Source of the DNA: Candidatus Latescibacterota bacterium
Lineage (GTDB): Bacteria > Latescibacterota > UBA2968
DNA length: 64,000 nucleotides
Assembly: GCA_965207885.1 (NCBI GenBank)
Contig: OZ242311.1
Span: 160,001 to 224,000 of the forward strand
Reading direction: 5' to 3'
Shown here: in pieces, positions 51,488 through 60,553 of the stretch
Position numbering within the stretch: the stretch's first letter is position 1
Layout of the letters: each line of letters begins with the position of its first letter
Position numbers and translations under genes: made by a program
The notes under the pieces: model-generated
The model's database searches: none
What the model was told of the DNA's origin: nothing
What the model saw: the letters and a program-made list of their open reading frames with translations, nothing else

Positions 51488-51870
51488 CCTGCGTGTTTTA
51501 AGCAGAGGGTTAAGTTCCCCCTCCTAGGCAATCAGCTTTCAGAGTCAGTCCCACCCCGCCAGTCCAACTTCCAGTAACCATTTCTTAACCTCCTATATCC
51601 ATTCACCAATCTCCAGTATCCAACCTCTGCTTCTTATTCGTCATGGTTGGTCAACGGATAGTAGAAGGTGGGCCAGGGATGTCCCAAAAGTGCGACAGGA
51701 ATGTCCTACCTGAACCCTTTTACTGCGAATCACATTTTTCAAATCCAGAAAATTTTTCAGGAATAAATTATTGTAATAAAAATACATATAAAAAAATGGG
51801 AATATATGTCACCAATGCAATTTAAAGTGGCACATATTTCGCTCTTAAGTTTTGCAGGAATACAGCATTG
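51488..51870 (+). repeat. Enhancer + sigma-54 promoter cassette, copy 3
   Basis: GGTCAACGGATAGTAG, GATGTCCCAAAAGTGCGACAG, CCAATGCAATTTAAAGTGGCACATATTTCGCT shared with copy 1. Confidence 0.85.
51828..51843 (+). promoter_or_regulatory. Sigma-54 -24/-12 promoter
   Basis: TGGCACATATTTCGCT. Confidence 0.8.
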
Positions 51871-52057
51871 CCAAATAAAATACAGTGAACAGGTTATTCT
51901 AACCTTAAAGAAAGGAGGTACCACAATGTCACGGAGTTTCATCGTGCTGCTATATATCCCACCTCAAAAATGAAAGGAGGCTATGAAACATTGCAGGTCG
52001 TAATTCATCGCAATTTTATTGCAGGATAACCTTACAAGCTGTTATAGGAGAATCGTC

Positions 52058-53383
52058 ATGAAAAAGCGAATCAGGACAAATCGACTGCACAGATATATCC
52101 TTGCCTCGGGGCTCATCATGGTGAGCTTTGGGATATGGATAAGCTGCTCCAAAGATGCTTCCGTCTCCAGCATAGCCCCGACCTCAGCCGACGATAGCGG
52201 CTCCGGTCAAAGATTGGTTGGAACAAAGCCTGCTGTTGGGGGTTCAAATTATGCCGACTTTCATCCACAGACTGGTGTAAACTACGATCCCTTTGCGAAT
52301 ATGACCTTAGAAGAGCGAAGGACTGCCATTGGTGGCCCGGATGCTGCTGAAAAGTATCTCCGAATAATGGCGAAACAACTTGCCAGAGTCATGGCCGATG
52401 CTAAAACCCGCACAATTCTCCACAGTGTCGTTCCCGACCTGGAACAAGGCGAGATCCATATCTCTAAAATAGCCGACGAATTTCCTCAATTCTTGGAGAA
52501 ATTCTCCGACGGCTTCAGGGATGCTGTAGCCAACGGAGCCATATCGGGCAATTTGGCAAATTTGATCAAAGACGACAAATCGGATTCCAAAACGATATAT
52601 AAAGCCTCAAAAGCCTTGTTCGAGTTAGAGATAGCGGTTTCAAATCCCCCTGGGAAAACATGGAATCCCGCACAACCCATTCCAGTATTTTTTGCCCCTA
52701 TTGATGATGAAAGTGCCACTGTCATAGAAGGGATAGACACCAATTTACAATCCATCTCCGTTCCCGCTGGAGGTGATACAGCTCCTTATACCTGCCTGGT
52801 GCTGAACCTCGATGAGGACTTACCTTTGTTCTCTAAGGATGTTAATGTATCATCCGTTCCGCAACACGAAAGTTTATGGACATGGCAGAACATCCTGAAT
52901 TCCTTCAGCCTCACCTCTCCTGCCTATGCACACTACCCACCGAGTCCATTCGACGACGACCCTGAGGATCCACATGACCCTTGTTATGGTGAAGATATTA
53001 TAGCACCTGTGGACAGAGTTGTAATGTACTACGATCATGAAGACTGGCCCATGGGAGCACCTGAGATTTTTATGGGAATTATATGGCGTCAGGTCAATGA
53101 ACCTGTTGAACCATATCGAACAACCGAGGAACAACTCGAAGATCTGGATGAGGAGAATGTATGGTATACAGACTTCGCGGACTTAAGGGCTCGGCATGGG
53201 ACATGCGGGGGCAGTGGTACTTTAGAAATTGTGTATATCGAGGAAATGGATCCTTGGGGTGCAGATGACTTAGGCAGATGGACTAATGTGACCATTCCTA
53301 CCGGGGGAGCTACTCCAAATCGGAAAGACCTGACAACCAATGATGTCCGCTTGAGGATTCGGCGAACTACTGACGACACATAG
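52058..53383 (+). CDS. Hypothetical lipoprotein, DUF3103-like
   Basis: Lipobox WISC; AGGAG RBS; DHEDWPMGAPEIF resembles the D.EPW..G..EI motif of DUF3103. Confidence 0.55.
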   Translation: MKKRIRTNRLHRYILASGLIMVSFGIWISCSKDASVSSIAPTSADDSGSGQRLVGTKPAVGGSNYADFHPQTGVNYDPFANMTLEERRTAIGGPDAAEKYLRIMAKQLARVMADAKTRTILHSVVPDLEQGEIHISKIADEFPQFLEKFSDGFRDAVANGAISGNLANLIKDDKSDSKTIYKASKALFELEIAVSNPPGKTWNPAQPIPVFFAPIDDESATVIEGIDTNLQSISVPAGGDTAPYTCLVLNLDEDLPLFSKDVNVSSVPQHESLWTWQNILNSFSLTSPAYAHYPPSPFDDDPEDPHDPCYGEDIIAPVDRVVMYYDHEDWPMGAPEIFMGIIWRQVNEPVEPYRTTEEQLEDLDEENVWYTDFADLRARHGTCGGSGTLEIVYIEEMDPWGADDLGRWTNVTIPTGGATPNRKDLTTNDVRLRIRRTTDDT

Positions 53384-53453
53384 ATTGACAATCCTTCTAT
53401 TTTCGGGGCAAATTGGATATTTGCCCCTTTTTCTGCCCAATAAGGAGTAAAAC

Positions 53454-54125
53454 ATGAAATACGCCATGAGTATCCTGGTCTTGTTGATAATGTCTTATTC
53501 TGCACCTATTTTCGGACAGCACATAGTCGCTATCCGGTGGGGTGGCAATATGACAAAAATCGGTGGTTTTGATCATCATGGTGCGCCGCGCAGAAGTATG
53601 AGGATAGGCGCCTCTGTAACCGTTCCAATACAGAACCGCTTCAGCCTTCAAGCTCATGGCGACTATGTCCCAAAAGGAGCAGGAGAGGACGATTTTTATT
53701 ATTATACCGGATTATACATTGACTACATCGAACTTTCAGGATTGGGAGCTTTTACAGTCTTCGCTCCTTCTCGGGGATCCTCTTTGTCTATGTCTATACT
53801 CGCCGGGCCTACGATAGCATTTAAGATCAAAAACCGAGGAGAAGAAATACTGGCAAAAAGATACGGGCAGGGACAAGATCGCTTTGACTTCAAATCTATA
53901 GACTTTGGTTTTGCTGGGGGGATCGGTACACAGATAGCAATTTTCAAACCATGGATAGTCACAACAGAGATTCTATACACCAGGAGCATCCAATCTATCA
54001 ACAAAACCACTTTCTATATCGTAGATTACGATTCTCACACAGCAGAAAAACGTGGCCTGATGAACCACGCCCTTTCCTTCTCTATTGGGCTCGGTTTTTC
54101 TTATGGCAGAAGAACGGGAGGTTAA
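53454..54125 (+). CDS. Outer-membrane beta-barrel (porin/PorT-like family), copy 1
   Basis: Signal peptide, DYVPKGA, DYIE, ILAGP..AFK, FK..DFG motifs; paralog of 59034-59681. Confidence 0.75.
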   Translation: MKYAMSILVLLIMSYSAPIFGQHIVAIRWGGNMTKIGGFDHHGAPRRSMRIGASVTVPIQNRFSLQAHGDYVPKGAGEDDFYYYTGLYIDYIELSGLGAFTVFAPSRGSSLSMSILAGPTIAFKIKNRGEEILAKRYGQGQDRFDFKSIDFGFAGGIGTQIAIFKPWIVTTEILYTRSIQSINKTTFYIVDYDSHTAEKRGLMNHALSFSIGLGFSYGRRTGG

Positions 54126-54138
54126 AATAAAATCTGTC

Positions 54139-54660
54139 ATGTCAACGTTGGTGTTTCTGCCTATCGTTCTGGTCTTGTGTCGCACGGATGATGCACACGC
54201 CCAGGATCAATTCAAACGTGCCGAAGCCTCCCTCGCGATGGGCAGACATGTCGAGATCAATGCGTTAGACGATTTTGGGTTACAGGATAACAAAATGTAT
54301 CTGGCAGGACACCTGCTCTATAACTTTTCTGCCACGCAGTCCATCGGTGTGAGGTTTGGCCGCACAGCCCATCCGAGGATTGAATGGTTTGCTACATATC
54401 GGTATAATTGGCGACAAAGACAGCCCACACGTATTTACTTTGAGGTTGGATTGGGTGCCAACGAGCCTCTTGAATCCTTTTTCAACAAAGGTATGCGGTT
54501 TTCTATGGCTTTCGCAGTGGGGATAAAGCGTTTTTTGGGGGAACATTGGTCTTTGAGCCTTGAATCGAGGGGCGTGGGCTTTACGCAGAAAAAGGATCCA
54601 TTTACAGATGAAATAGTGACTGTCCATATACTCTCATTCGCATTGGGATACCTGTTCTAA
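54139..54660 (+). CDS. Small outer-membrane beta-barrel protein
   Basis: Signal peptide (AHA), amphipathic strands, terminal LGYLF. Confidence 0.65.
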   Translation: MSTLVFLPIVLVLCRTDDAHAQDQFKRAEASLAMGRHVEINALDDFGLQDNKMYLAGHLLYNFSATQSIGVRFGRTAHPRIEWFATYRYNWRQRQPTRIYFEVGLGANEPLESFFNKGMRFSMAFAVGIKRFLGEHWSLSLESRGVGFTQKKDPFTDEIVTVHILSFALGYLF

Positions 54661-54689
54661 CACGCAATGAAAGCGATTTTATATTTCGC

Positions 54690-54740
54690 AAATGAAAAGA
54701 GCGAGTCTTTTTAGGCTCGCTCTTTTTTTATTAAAATGCC
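54690..54740. repeat. Terminator-type repeat, copy B (partial)
   Basis: AAATGAAAAGAGCGAGTC-ttttta-GGCTCGCTCTTTTTTT..TTAAAATGC. Confidence 0.85.
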
Positions 54741-54768
54741 TGGTCATCATCATTACGAGTGTGCCGCA

Positions 54769-54819
54769 ATGTTGTTTAAGGTGTGTGGAGACCCTGATGG
54801 TCACGACCTCATTCACCAT
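54769..54819 (-). pseudogene. N-terminal relic of a paralog of the HTH-pentapeptide gene
   Basis: MVNEVVTIRVSTHLKQH versus MVNGFVAHRISRHLKQL (24313-25359), in the same position relative to the repeat. Confidence 0.7.
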
Positions 54820-54992
54820 CGCGTCCCTCAACTGTGTGAATTGTATAAAAAAAATTCTCGACAACGAGCAGCAAAAAATAGAAATTATTCATCAAGCCAA
54901 CTCTCTTACAGGTTGGTGATACGATCGGAGGCATACGTTTGCTTTGACGGGTGAAGTATGCCTTCTCTTTTTATTTTTTATTCCGCAAAATA
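54811..54992. repeat. Divergent regulatory repeat, copy 2
   Basis: Homologous to 25351-25524. Confidence 0.85.
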
Positions 54993-55068
54993 AGCCATAT
55001 CATGTAATCCCGCAATTCAAGACGAAAATATAGCCATCCTGATGAGACCAGAATCTCAAGGTGGTACG

Positions 55069-56196
55069 ATGAACACGCAAAACGAGCACAGAGACCAAAC
55101 CCTCACAGCACTTGAGGAGGCGGCAAGCCATTACAAAGCGATCCTGGAAACGACTGTTGACGCGATTATCACAATTGACAGTCAGGGAATTGTACAAACA
55201 TTCAATTCCGCTGCCGAGAAGATATTCGGCTACTGCGCCGAAGAAGTCATTGGAAACAATGTCAAGATGCTGATGCCCGCGCCCTATCGCAGTGAACACG
55301 ATGGCTATATCGGTAGATATTTAGAGACGGGCGTACCTAAAATTATTGGAATAGGGCGTCAAGTGACTGGCCTGCGTAAAGATGGGACTGAATTTCCAAT
55401 GGATCTGGCTGTCAGTGAGGTCCCCTTAAAAGACAAGCGATTATTTGCTGGCATTATCCGCGACATGACAGAGCGCATACTGTTGGAGGAGCAATTGGTG
55501 CAATCAACCAAACTCGCAGCCGTGGGTAGATTGATTAGCGGGATTGCACATGAGGTGAACAATCCCGTGAGCATTATCAAACTCCATATCGCCAATGTGA
55601 TGCAAAATATCGAAAGTCAAAAATTGCCAGAAGACCTGATCGAGACACTAAGGGTCATTCAACGCCAGAACAATAAGGTCGGGCAGATCATATCGGAGCT
55701 ACAGGCTTTTTCCAGGCAGGGATATTTCAGCCCTGACTGGATCAATGTCAACCAGATCGTGCATACGGCCTTGAGACTGGTTGAAAATACGCTGCAAAAT
55801 CAGGACATTGTGTATCAAGCCGAATTGGCAGACAGTTTGCCCAAAGTGTTTTTGGATCCCATACGCATTGAGCAGGTGTTGTTGAATCTGTTTAACAATG
55901 CGATTGAAGCGATGCCCGATGGCGGTGTTTTGACCGTATCAACGACACTGGAGACAGACCAAACAGATGAAGATTGGATGGTGGTCCGGATAAGAGATAC
56001 AGGCACAGGCATTGAGGAAGAACATCTCAGCCATCTATTTGATCCGTTTTTTACAACCAAAGAAGTGGGTGAAGGAACCGGCCTGGGTCTTTCGGTCAGT
56101 TATGGTTTAATTCAAGAGCACAAAGGCCGAATTGAGGTAAGCAGTCAACCGGGCAAAGGCAGTGAGTTCCAGATTTACCTTCCCGTAACGGAGTAA
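55069..56196 (+). CDS. Soluble FixL-like heme-PAS sensor histidine kinase
   Basis: PAS LMPAPYRSEHDGYI.RY..TG..KIIGIGR.VTG.RKDGT.FP; H-box AHEVNNP; N, G1, F and G2 boxes. Confidence 0.92.
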   Translation: MNTQNEHRDQTLTALEEAASHYKAILETTVDAIITIDSQGIVQTFNSAAEKIFGYCAEEVIGNNVKMLMPAPYRSEHDGYIGRYLETGVPKIIGIGRQVTGLRKDGTEFPMDLAVSEVPLKDKRLFAGIIRDMTERILLEEQLVQSTKLAAVGRLISGIAHEVNNPVSIIKLHIANVMQNIESQKLPEDLIETLRVIQRQNNKVGQIISELQAFSRQGYFSPDWINVNQIVHTALRLVENTLQNQDIVYQAELADSLPKVFLDPIRIEQVLLNLFNNAIEAMPDGGVLTVSTTLETDQTDEDWMVVRIRDTGTGIEEEHLSHLFDPFFTTKEVGEGTGLGLSVSYGLIQEHKGRIEVSSQPGKGSEFQIYLPVTE

Positions 56197-56201
56197 AAGA
56201 G

Positions 56202-57557
56202 ATGAAAAAAGAGAAAATCCTCATCATTGATGACGAGCCGGATATGTTGCGCGGTTGCCAGAAGTTTCTGGAGACAGCGGGGTACGCTGTTGTCATAGCA
56301 GAATCAGGTGAGGATGGTCTCGCGTTGTTCGAGACGGAAAATCCCGATCTAATCATTGTGGATTTGAAGATGCCCGGAATGGACGGGATGGCTGTGCTTC
56401 AAAGCATTATGGCACGCGATCAAGAGGCTGTTGTGATTGTCTTTACCGGATATGGAACCATTGAGAGTGCAGTCAAAGCGATCAGAGCAGGCGCATTCGA
56501 CTTTGTTCAGAAACCATTTGATCCAGATGCATTTTTAATTGTAATAGAACGGGCATCGAAACTGCGGCGTGTGAGGGAGGAGAACAGTGCTCTCAAGCAA
56601 ATGCTGGATACGCGATTCCGGTTCGAAAACATCATCGGGAACAGTGAGGCGATCACTCAGGTATTTGATTTGATGCGAAAAATCAGCAATACACCTGCCA
56701 ATGTCCTGATCACAGGGGAGAGCGGAACGGGCAAGGAACTGGTGGCTCAGTGTATTCACGCCAATAGCAAGCGGAGCCACAAGCCGTTTGTGCCGCTCAA
56801 CTGTGGGGGCCTGCCAGAGAATCTGGTTGAAAGTGAGATATTTGGTCATACAGAGGGGGCATTCACAGATGCGAAACAGAACCGCGTCGGGTTAATCGAA
56901 CACGCTAAGGGTGGGACATTTTTTCTCGATGAAATCGGGGAATTGCCCATGCCCCTTCAGGTGAAGTTCTTGCGCGTTTTGGAAGACCACAAAATTCGCA
57001 GGTTGGGAAGCAATGAGGAGATAGAGATCGATATCCGTCTCATATCAGCGACCAATCGAAATATCGAGGCGTTGATTGGAGAGGGCAGGTTTCGAGAAGA
57101 TTTATTTTATCGAATCAACACATTTGAGATTCACCTGCCACCTCTCAGGGAACGGCAGGGAGATATTCAACTTCTTGCCCATCACTTTTTGAACTACTTT
57201 GCCGAGACCTCTAAAAAAGCGGTTCAAGGGATTTCCACCGAGGCGATGGATGTGTTGTGCGAATATACCTATCCAGGCAATGTGCGAGAATTGATGCATG
57301 TGATGGAACGCGCCGTTGCCCTGTCAGAAGAAGGTCGTGAAATTACGCCTGAATTGTTCCCAGAGCCTATTGGGGGTAGCCTGGGGATAGAGACACAGAC
57401 TAAAGGCCACTTAAAAGCGAGGGTCGCAATGTTTGAAAAACATATAATCCAGGATGTACTCAAGAAACACGCAGGCAATATCACGCATGCGGCTAAAGAA
57501 TTGGGGTTGACCCGCGATGGTTTAATAAAAAAGATGGCGCGTCTAAAGATGCGTTAG
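56202..57557 (+). CDS. Sigma-54-dependent response regulator (NtrC family), copy 2
   Basis: Near-identical to 25849-27237 through ERAVALS; different HTH. Confidence 0.95.
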   Translation: MKKEKILIIDDEPDMLRGCQKFLETAGYAVVIAESGEDGLALFETENPDLIIVDLKMPGMDGMAVLQSIMARDQEAVVIVFTGYGTIESAVKAIRAGAFDFVQKPFDPDAFLIVIERASKLRRVREENSALKQMLDTRFRFENIIGNSEAITQVFDLMRKISNTPANVLITGESGTGKELVAQCIHANSKRSHKPFVPLNCGGLPENLVESEIFGHTEGAFTDAKQNRVGLIEHAKGGTFFLDEIGELPMPLQVKFLRVLEDHKIRRLGSNEEIEIDIRLISATNRNIEALIGEGRFREDLFYRINTFEIHLPPLRERQGDIQLLAHHFLNYFAETSKKAVQGISTEAMDVLCEYTYPGNVRELMHVMERAVALSEEGREITPELFPEPIGGSLGIETQTKGHLKARVAMFEKHIIQDVLKKHAGNITHAAKELGLTRDGLIKKMARLKMR

Positions 57558-57737
57558 CAAATTGGACATGACCTTGTGAGGTGTATAATTTTTTCGTGGT
57601 TTCTTTTTTAATCGTATAAAAAATTATATACTCCGCAGAAAGCGACAACTTATAGCACCTGAAACATAAAATTTTATCTTTTTGTTTTTCAAGCACTTGA
57701 GCATTTTCAAGTGCTTTTTTTGTTTTAGATGAATTTA

Positions 57738-57753
57738 TGGCACGCATCTTGCT
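57738..57753 (+). promoter_or_regulatory. Sigma-54 -24/-12 promoter
   Basis: TGGCACGCATCTTGCT, near-consensus. Confidence 0.85.
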
Positions 57754-57804
57754 TTATAGAATGTGCGAGAGAATAATAACAATCAGATTTTACTGAGGTG
57801 ACTT

Positions 57805-58008
57805 ATGGTTATCCAGGAGCCTTTAACAAAACGTCTGGCATATCGGTCTCTGATTTATGCCATGTTGGGCGACAAAACGCGATCTGAAGCATTGCGCGCA
57901 ACGATGAACCGACTGAATCATCAAAGAGCAGGTTTAGAATGTCAGTCAAGGAAAGACGATTCGGCAAAATCTTACCCCGGACCACAGGATACTATCTTTG
58001 AACGTTAA
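57805..58008 (+). CDS. Small hypothetical protein or gene relic (67 aa)
   Basis: GAGGTG RBS directly downstream of the sigma-54 promoter; no recognised family. Confidence 0.4.
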   Translation: MVIQEPLTKRLAYRSLIYAMLGDKTRSEALRATMNRLNHQRAGLECQSRKDDSAKSYPGPQDTIFER

Positions 58009-58121
58009 TCGCATATCTTTGGGCGCGCTATCGCTATTAACTGACAATTTTGTTGCAGCGGCGTCGTGATCTGGAAGTGGCATCATAAGGGATCTATGTG
58101 CCTTAAACAGAGAGGTGAGAA

Positions 58122-59015
58122 ATGTATAAAATTCCAGACTTCAAAATTCCGGATCGGCTTAACCTGGACACAGACTGGAGCATTGGTGAGACAGCATTTG
58201 AGAGAATCGCAACCACGCTTCTTCAGATGTCCCCGGTAGAAAAAATTCTCGAATTTGGAGGTGGTCCGAGTTCTATCCGCCTGGCAATGGCGTTTTCTGA
58301 AACTCACATTCTGTCTGTGGAAGGCGACTGGCGAAATTTTGCAGAAACCATGAATCTGATGCAAACATTCTGGGATAAACGCAATCTATCAATCAAATAT
58401 CGTCCAATTACACTTGAATCTTATGGAGATGCGGAATTTTTGACTTATGAAGACGGGATGTTTTGGGAGGAAGAGATAGATTGCGTGATTATTGATGGTC
58501 CGCCGGTCTATACCTTGCGAGGTCGAGAAGCATGTCTCTACCAGGTTTATGACCAGATCAGGATAGGTGGTCTGGTCATTCTCGACGATTTCAGAAGGTC
58601 TTATGAGAAGCAAATTGTCGAGAACTGGCTATCCGTCTATCCCGGCAGTTTTACAGTGGAAATGATCCACGAAGACCACCATCTGGCCGTGCTGCGTAAG
58701 GTCAGATCCACGACACCGTGTTGGGATGCGCCTTATAGACTTTCGGATGTTCAGTCTGTCAGTAAAATGCTCGCCCGCATTACACAGGCATTATCGCTTG
58801 TTGATGATGTGTATTTGAGCGTGCTGGCTAAAGCGAATAACTGCTATGAGACAGATCTGATTGACCTGTTCAATACCCTTCGCAACATCTATGGGATTAC
58901 ACCTGAGCATATCCATAAGTTCGCGGATCGAAATTCTACACTCCCACCAGACGCGAAAAATAGAAAACAGAATGCCTGTTATATGACAATTTTCAATACG
59001 TTTTTTCGGAACTGA
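58122..59015 (+). CDS. Class I SAM-dependent methyltransferase-like protein
   Basis: ILEFGGGPSS, SVEGD, IIDGPP, GGLVILDD. Confidence 0.75.
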   Translation: MYKIPDFKIPDRLNLDTDWSIGETAFERIATTLLQMSPVEKILEFGGGPSSIRLAMAFSETHILSVEGDWRNFAETMNLMQTFWDKRNLSIKYRPITLESYGDAEFLTYEDGMFWEEEIDCVIIDGPPVYTLRGREACLYQVYDQIRIGGLVILDDFRRSYEKQIVENWLSVYPGSFTVEMIHEDHHLAVLRKVRSTTPCWDAPYRLSDVQSVSKMLARITQALSLVDDVYLSVLAKANNCYETDLIDLFNTLRNIYGITPEHIHKFADRNSTLPPDAKNRKQNACYMTIFNTFFRN

Positions 59016-59033
59016 ATGTACAAGGAGGAAGAT

Positions 59034-59681
59034 ATGAGATACTTTATAGGTATTCTGATATTTGCGGTCCTGTCCTATCCCGCCTCGATTTTTGGGCAAC
59101 CCACACTCTCTATCAGGGAGGGCCTGAATCTGGCAACCCTGAGTGGAGAGATAATGGATAGGCGTCCAGTGAATGCACGCGCCACCCTCAAGATGGGTGT
59201 TTCCGGGACTTTTCCAGTACGGGGCAGATTTGGCTTTCAACTCAATGGTGACTATGTGCAAAAGGGTGCTCATGACTTATTATACGACTTCATCATAGAA
59301 GTTGACTATATTGAGTTTTCAGGGCTGTTCAATATCACACTTATCTCACCCTATCATGCACCTTCTTTATTTATACTCGCAGGGCCATCAGTGGCATTCA
59401 AAGTTAGGAGCGAGGGCGAACAGTTAGCGAGAAGACACTGGAGAGACCGCTTCGAGTTCAAGACCACAGACTTTGGTATCATTGTAGGACTTGGCACACA
59501 AATGACATTTTCTGAAGCGATGATACTCAAGGCAGAATTGCTATACACCGAGGGCATTCGATCTATCAACAAAACCGCTCCCTATGATCCTGATTTCAAT
59601 GTAGAAACCAGTATCAAAAACCGGGGGATTTCTTTCTGCATCGGCCTCGGTTTTCCTTATGGACGAAGAACGGGAGGTTAA
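59034..59681 (+). CDS. Outer-membrane beta-barrel (porin/PorT-like family), copy 2
   Basis: AAGGAGG RBS; DYVQKGA, ILAGPSVAFK, FKTTDFG; ends GLGFPYGRRTGG like copy 1. Confidence 0.75.
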   Translation: MRYFIGILIFAVLSYPASIFGQPTLSIREGLNLATLSGEIMDRRPVNARATLKMGVSGTFPVRGRFGFQLNGDYVQKGAHDLLYDFIIEVDYIEFSGLFNITLISPYHAPSLFILAGPSVAFKVRSEGEQLARRHWRDRFEFKTTDFGIIVGLGTQMTFSEAMILKAELLYTEGIRSINKTAPYDPDFNVETSIKNRGISFCIGLGFPYGRRTGG

Positions 59682-59694
59682 AATAGACTCTGTC

Positions 59695-59939
59695 ATGTCA
59701 ACATATATTCGCAGGATCCTCGTGGTAGCACTGACTACGAATCGCCTCTGGCACGGAATGGAGATATAGATGGGGACGGAGATGTCGATTTCTCTGATTT
59801 TCTACTTTTTACTTCTGCCTTTGGCACAATTGAAGGGGGAATAGGATACAATCCCGCGGCAGATTTAGACGGGGATGGTGCGGTCGTATTCTCAGACTTT
59901 CTGATATTTGCCAGTGCCTTTGGCAAATCCGTGGGTTAG
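59695..59939 (+). pseudogene. Relic: N-terminal start fused out of frame to a C-terminal dockerin/EF-hand pair
   Basis: The ATG frame stops after 24 codons; another frame reads GDIDGDGDVDFSDFLLFTSAFG...ADLDGDGAVVFSDFLIFASAFGK*. Confidence 0.75.
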
Positions 59940-60002
59940 GAGTATAGTATGACACACAATAAACAGCCCAAGGACTGACCCCCTGAGCTGTTTTCTATTT
60001 CT

Positions 60003-60124
60003 CTAAAATGAAAAGAGCGAGTCCTTTTAGGCTCGCTCTTTTTTGCTTAAAATGCTTCGTTGTGCTGCACAGAGCATAATTCAATACGGTTCGTTGACAC
60101 CCTGTTAGATTTGGGCTATATTGC
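60003..60124 (+). repeat. Terminator + sigma-70 promoter repeat, copy C
   Basis: GAGCGAGTC/GGCTCGCTC hairpin + T-run; TTGACA(60094)-N17-TATATT(60117). Confidence 0.9.
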
Positions 60125-60169
60125 TTGAAATGATCAAGATCACCTGAAAATCAGTTCTGGAGTTTAATA

Positions 60170-60550
60170 ATGGCAACATATACAGTTGATGAATTGGTCA
60201 AAGCTGCTGAGCAATTGCCTCAAACAGATTTGGAAAATTTGACAGCGCAGGTACTTACACTCAAGGCAAGACGCACGGCACCAGAATTGTCGCAAAATGA
60301 AGCCGGATTGCTCCGGAATATCAACCGGGGAATGCCCGATGAATTACAGAATCGATATCGAGAACTTATTGCTATCAGACGCGCAGGAACACTGACTGAA
60401 TCCGAACATGCCGAATTGCTTCACCTGACAAATCAGGTTGAAAAACATGATACAGAACGATTGAAATATCTTACCGAACTTGCACGTATTCGAAAAATTT
60501 CTCTGACCGACCTTTTGGATGAACTCGGCATTGAACCAGCCTATACATAA
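60170..60550 (+). CDS. Helical hypothetical protein paired with HNH nuclease (antitoxin-like)
   Basis: LL.NIN.G....LQ.RY.EL...R..GTLT..E..EL..L pattern of partners upstream of HNH genes; GGAG RBS. Confidence 0.7.
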   Translation: MATYTVDELVKAAEQLPQTDLENLTAQVLTLKARRTAPELSQNEAGLLRNINRGMPDELQNRYRELIAIRRAGTLTESEHAELLHLTNQVEKHDTERLKYLTELARIRKISLTDLLDELGIEPAYT

Positions 60551-60553
60551 CCT

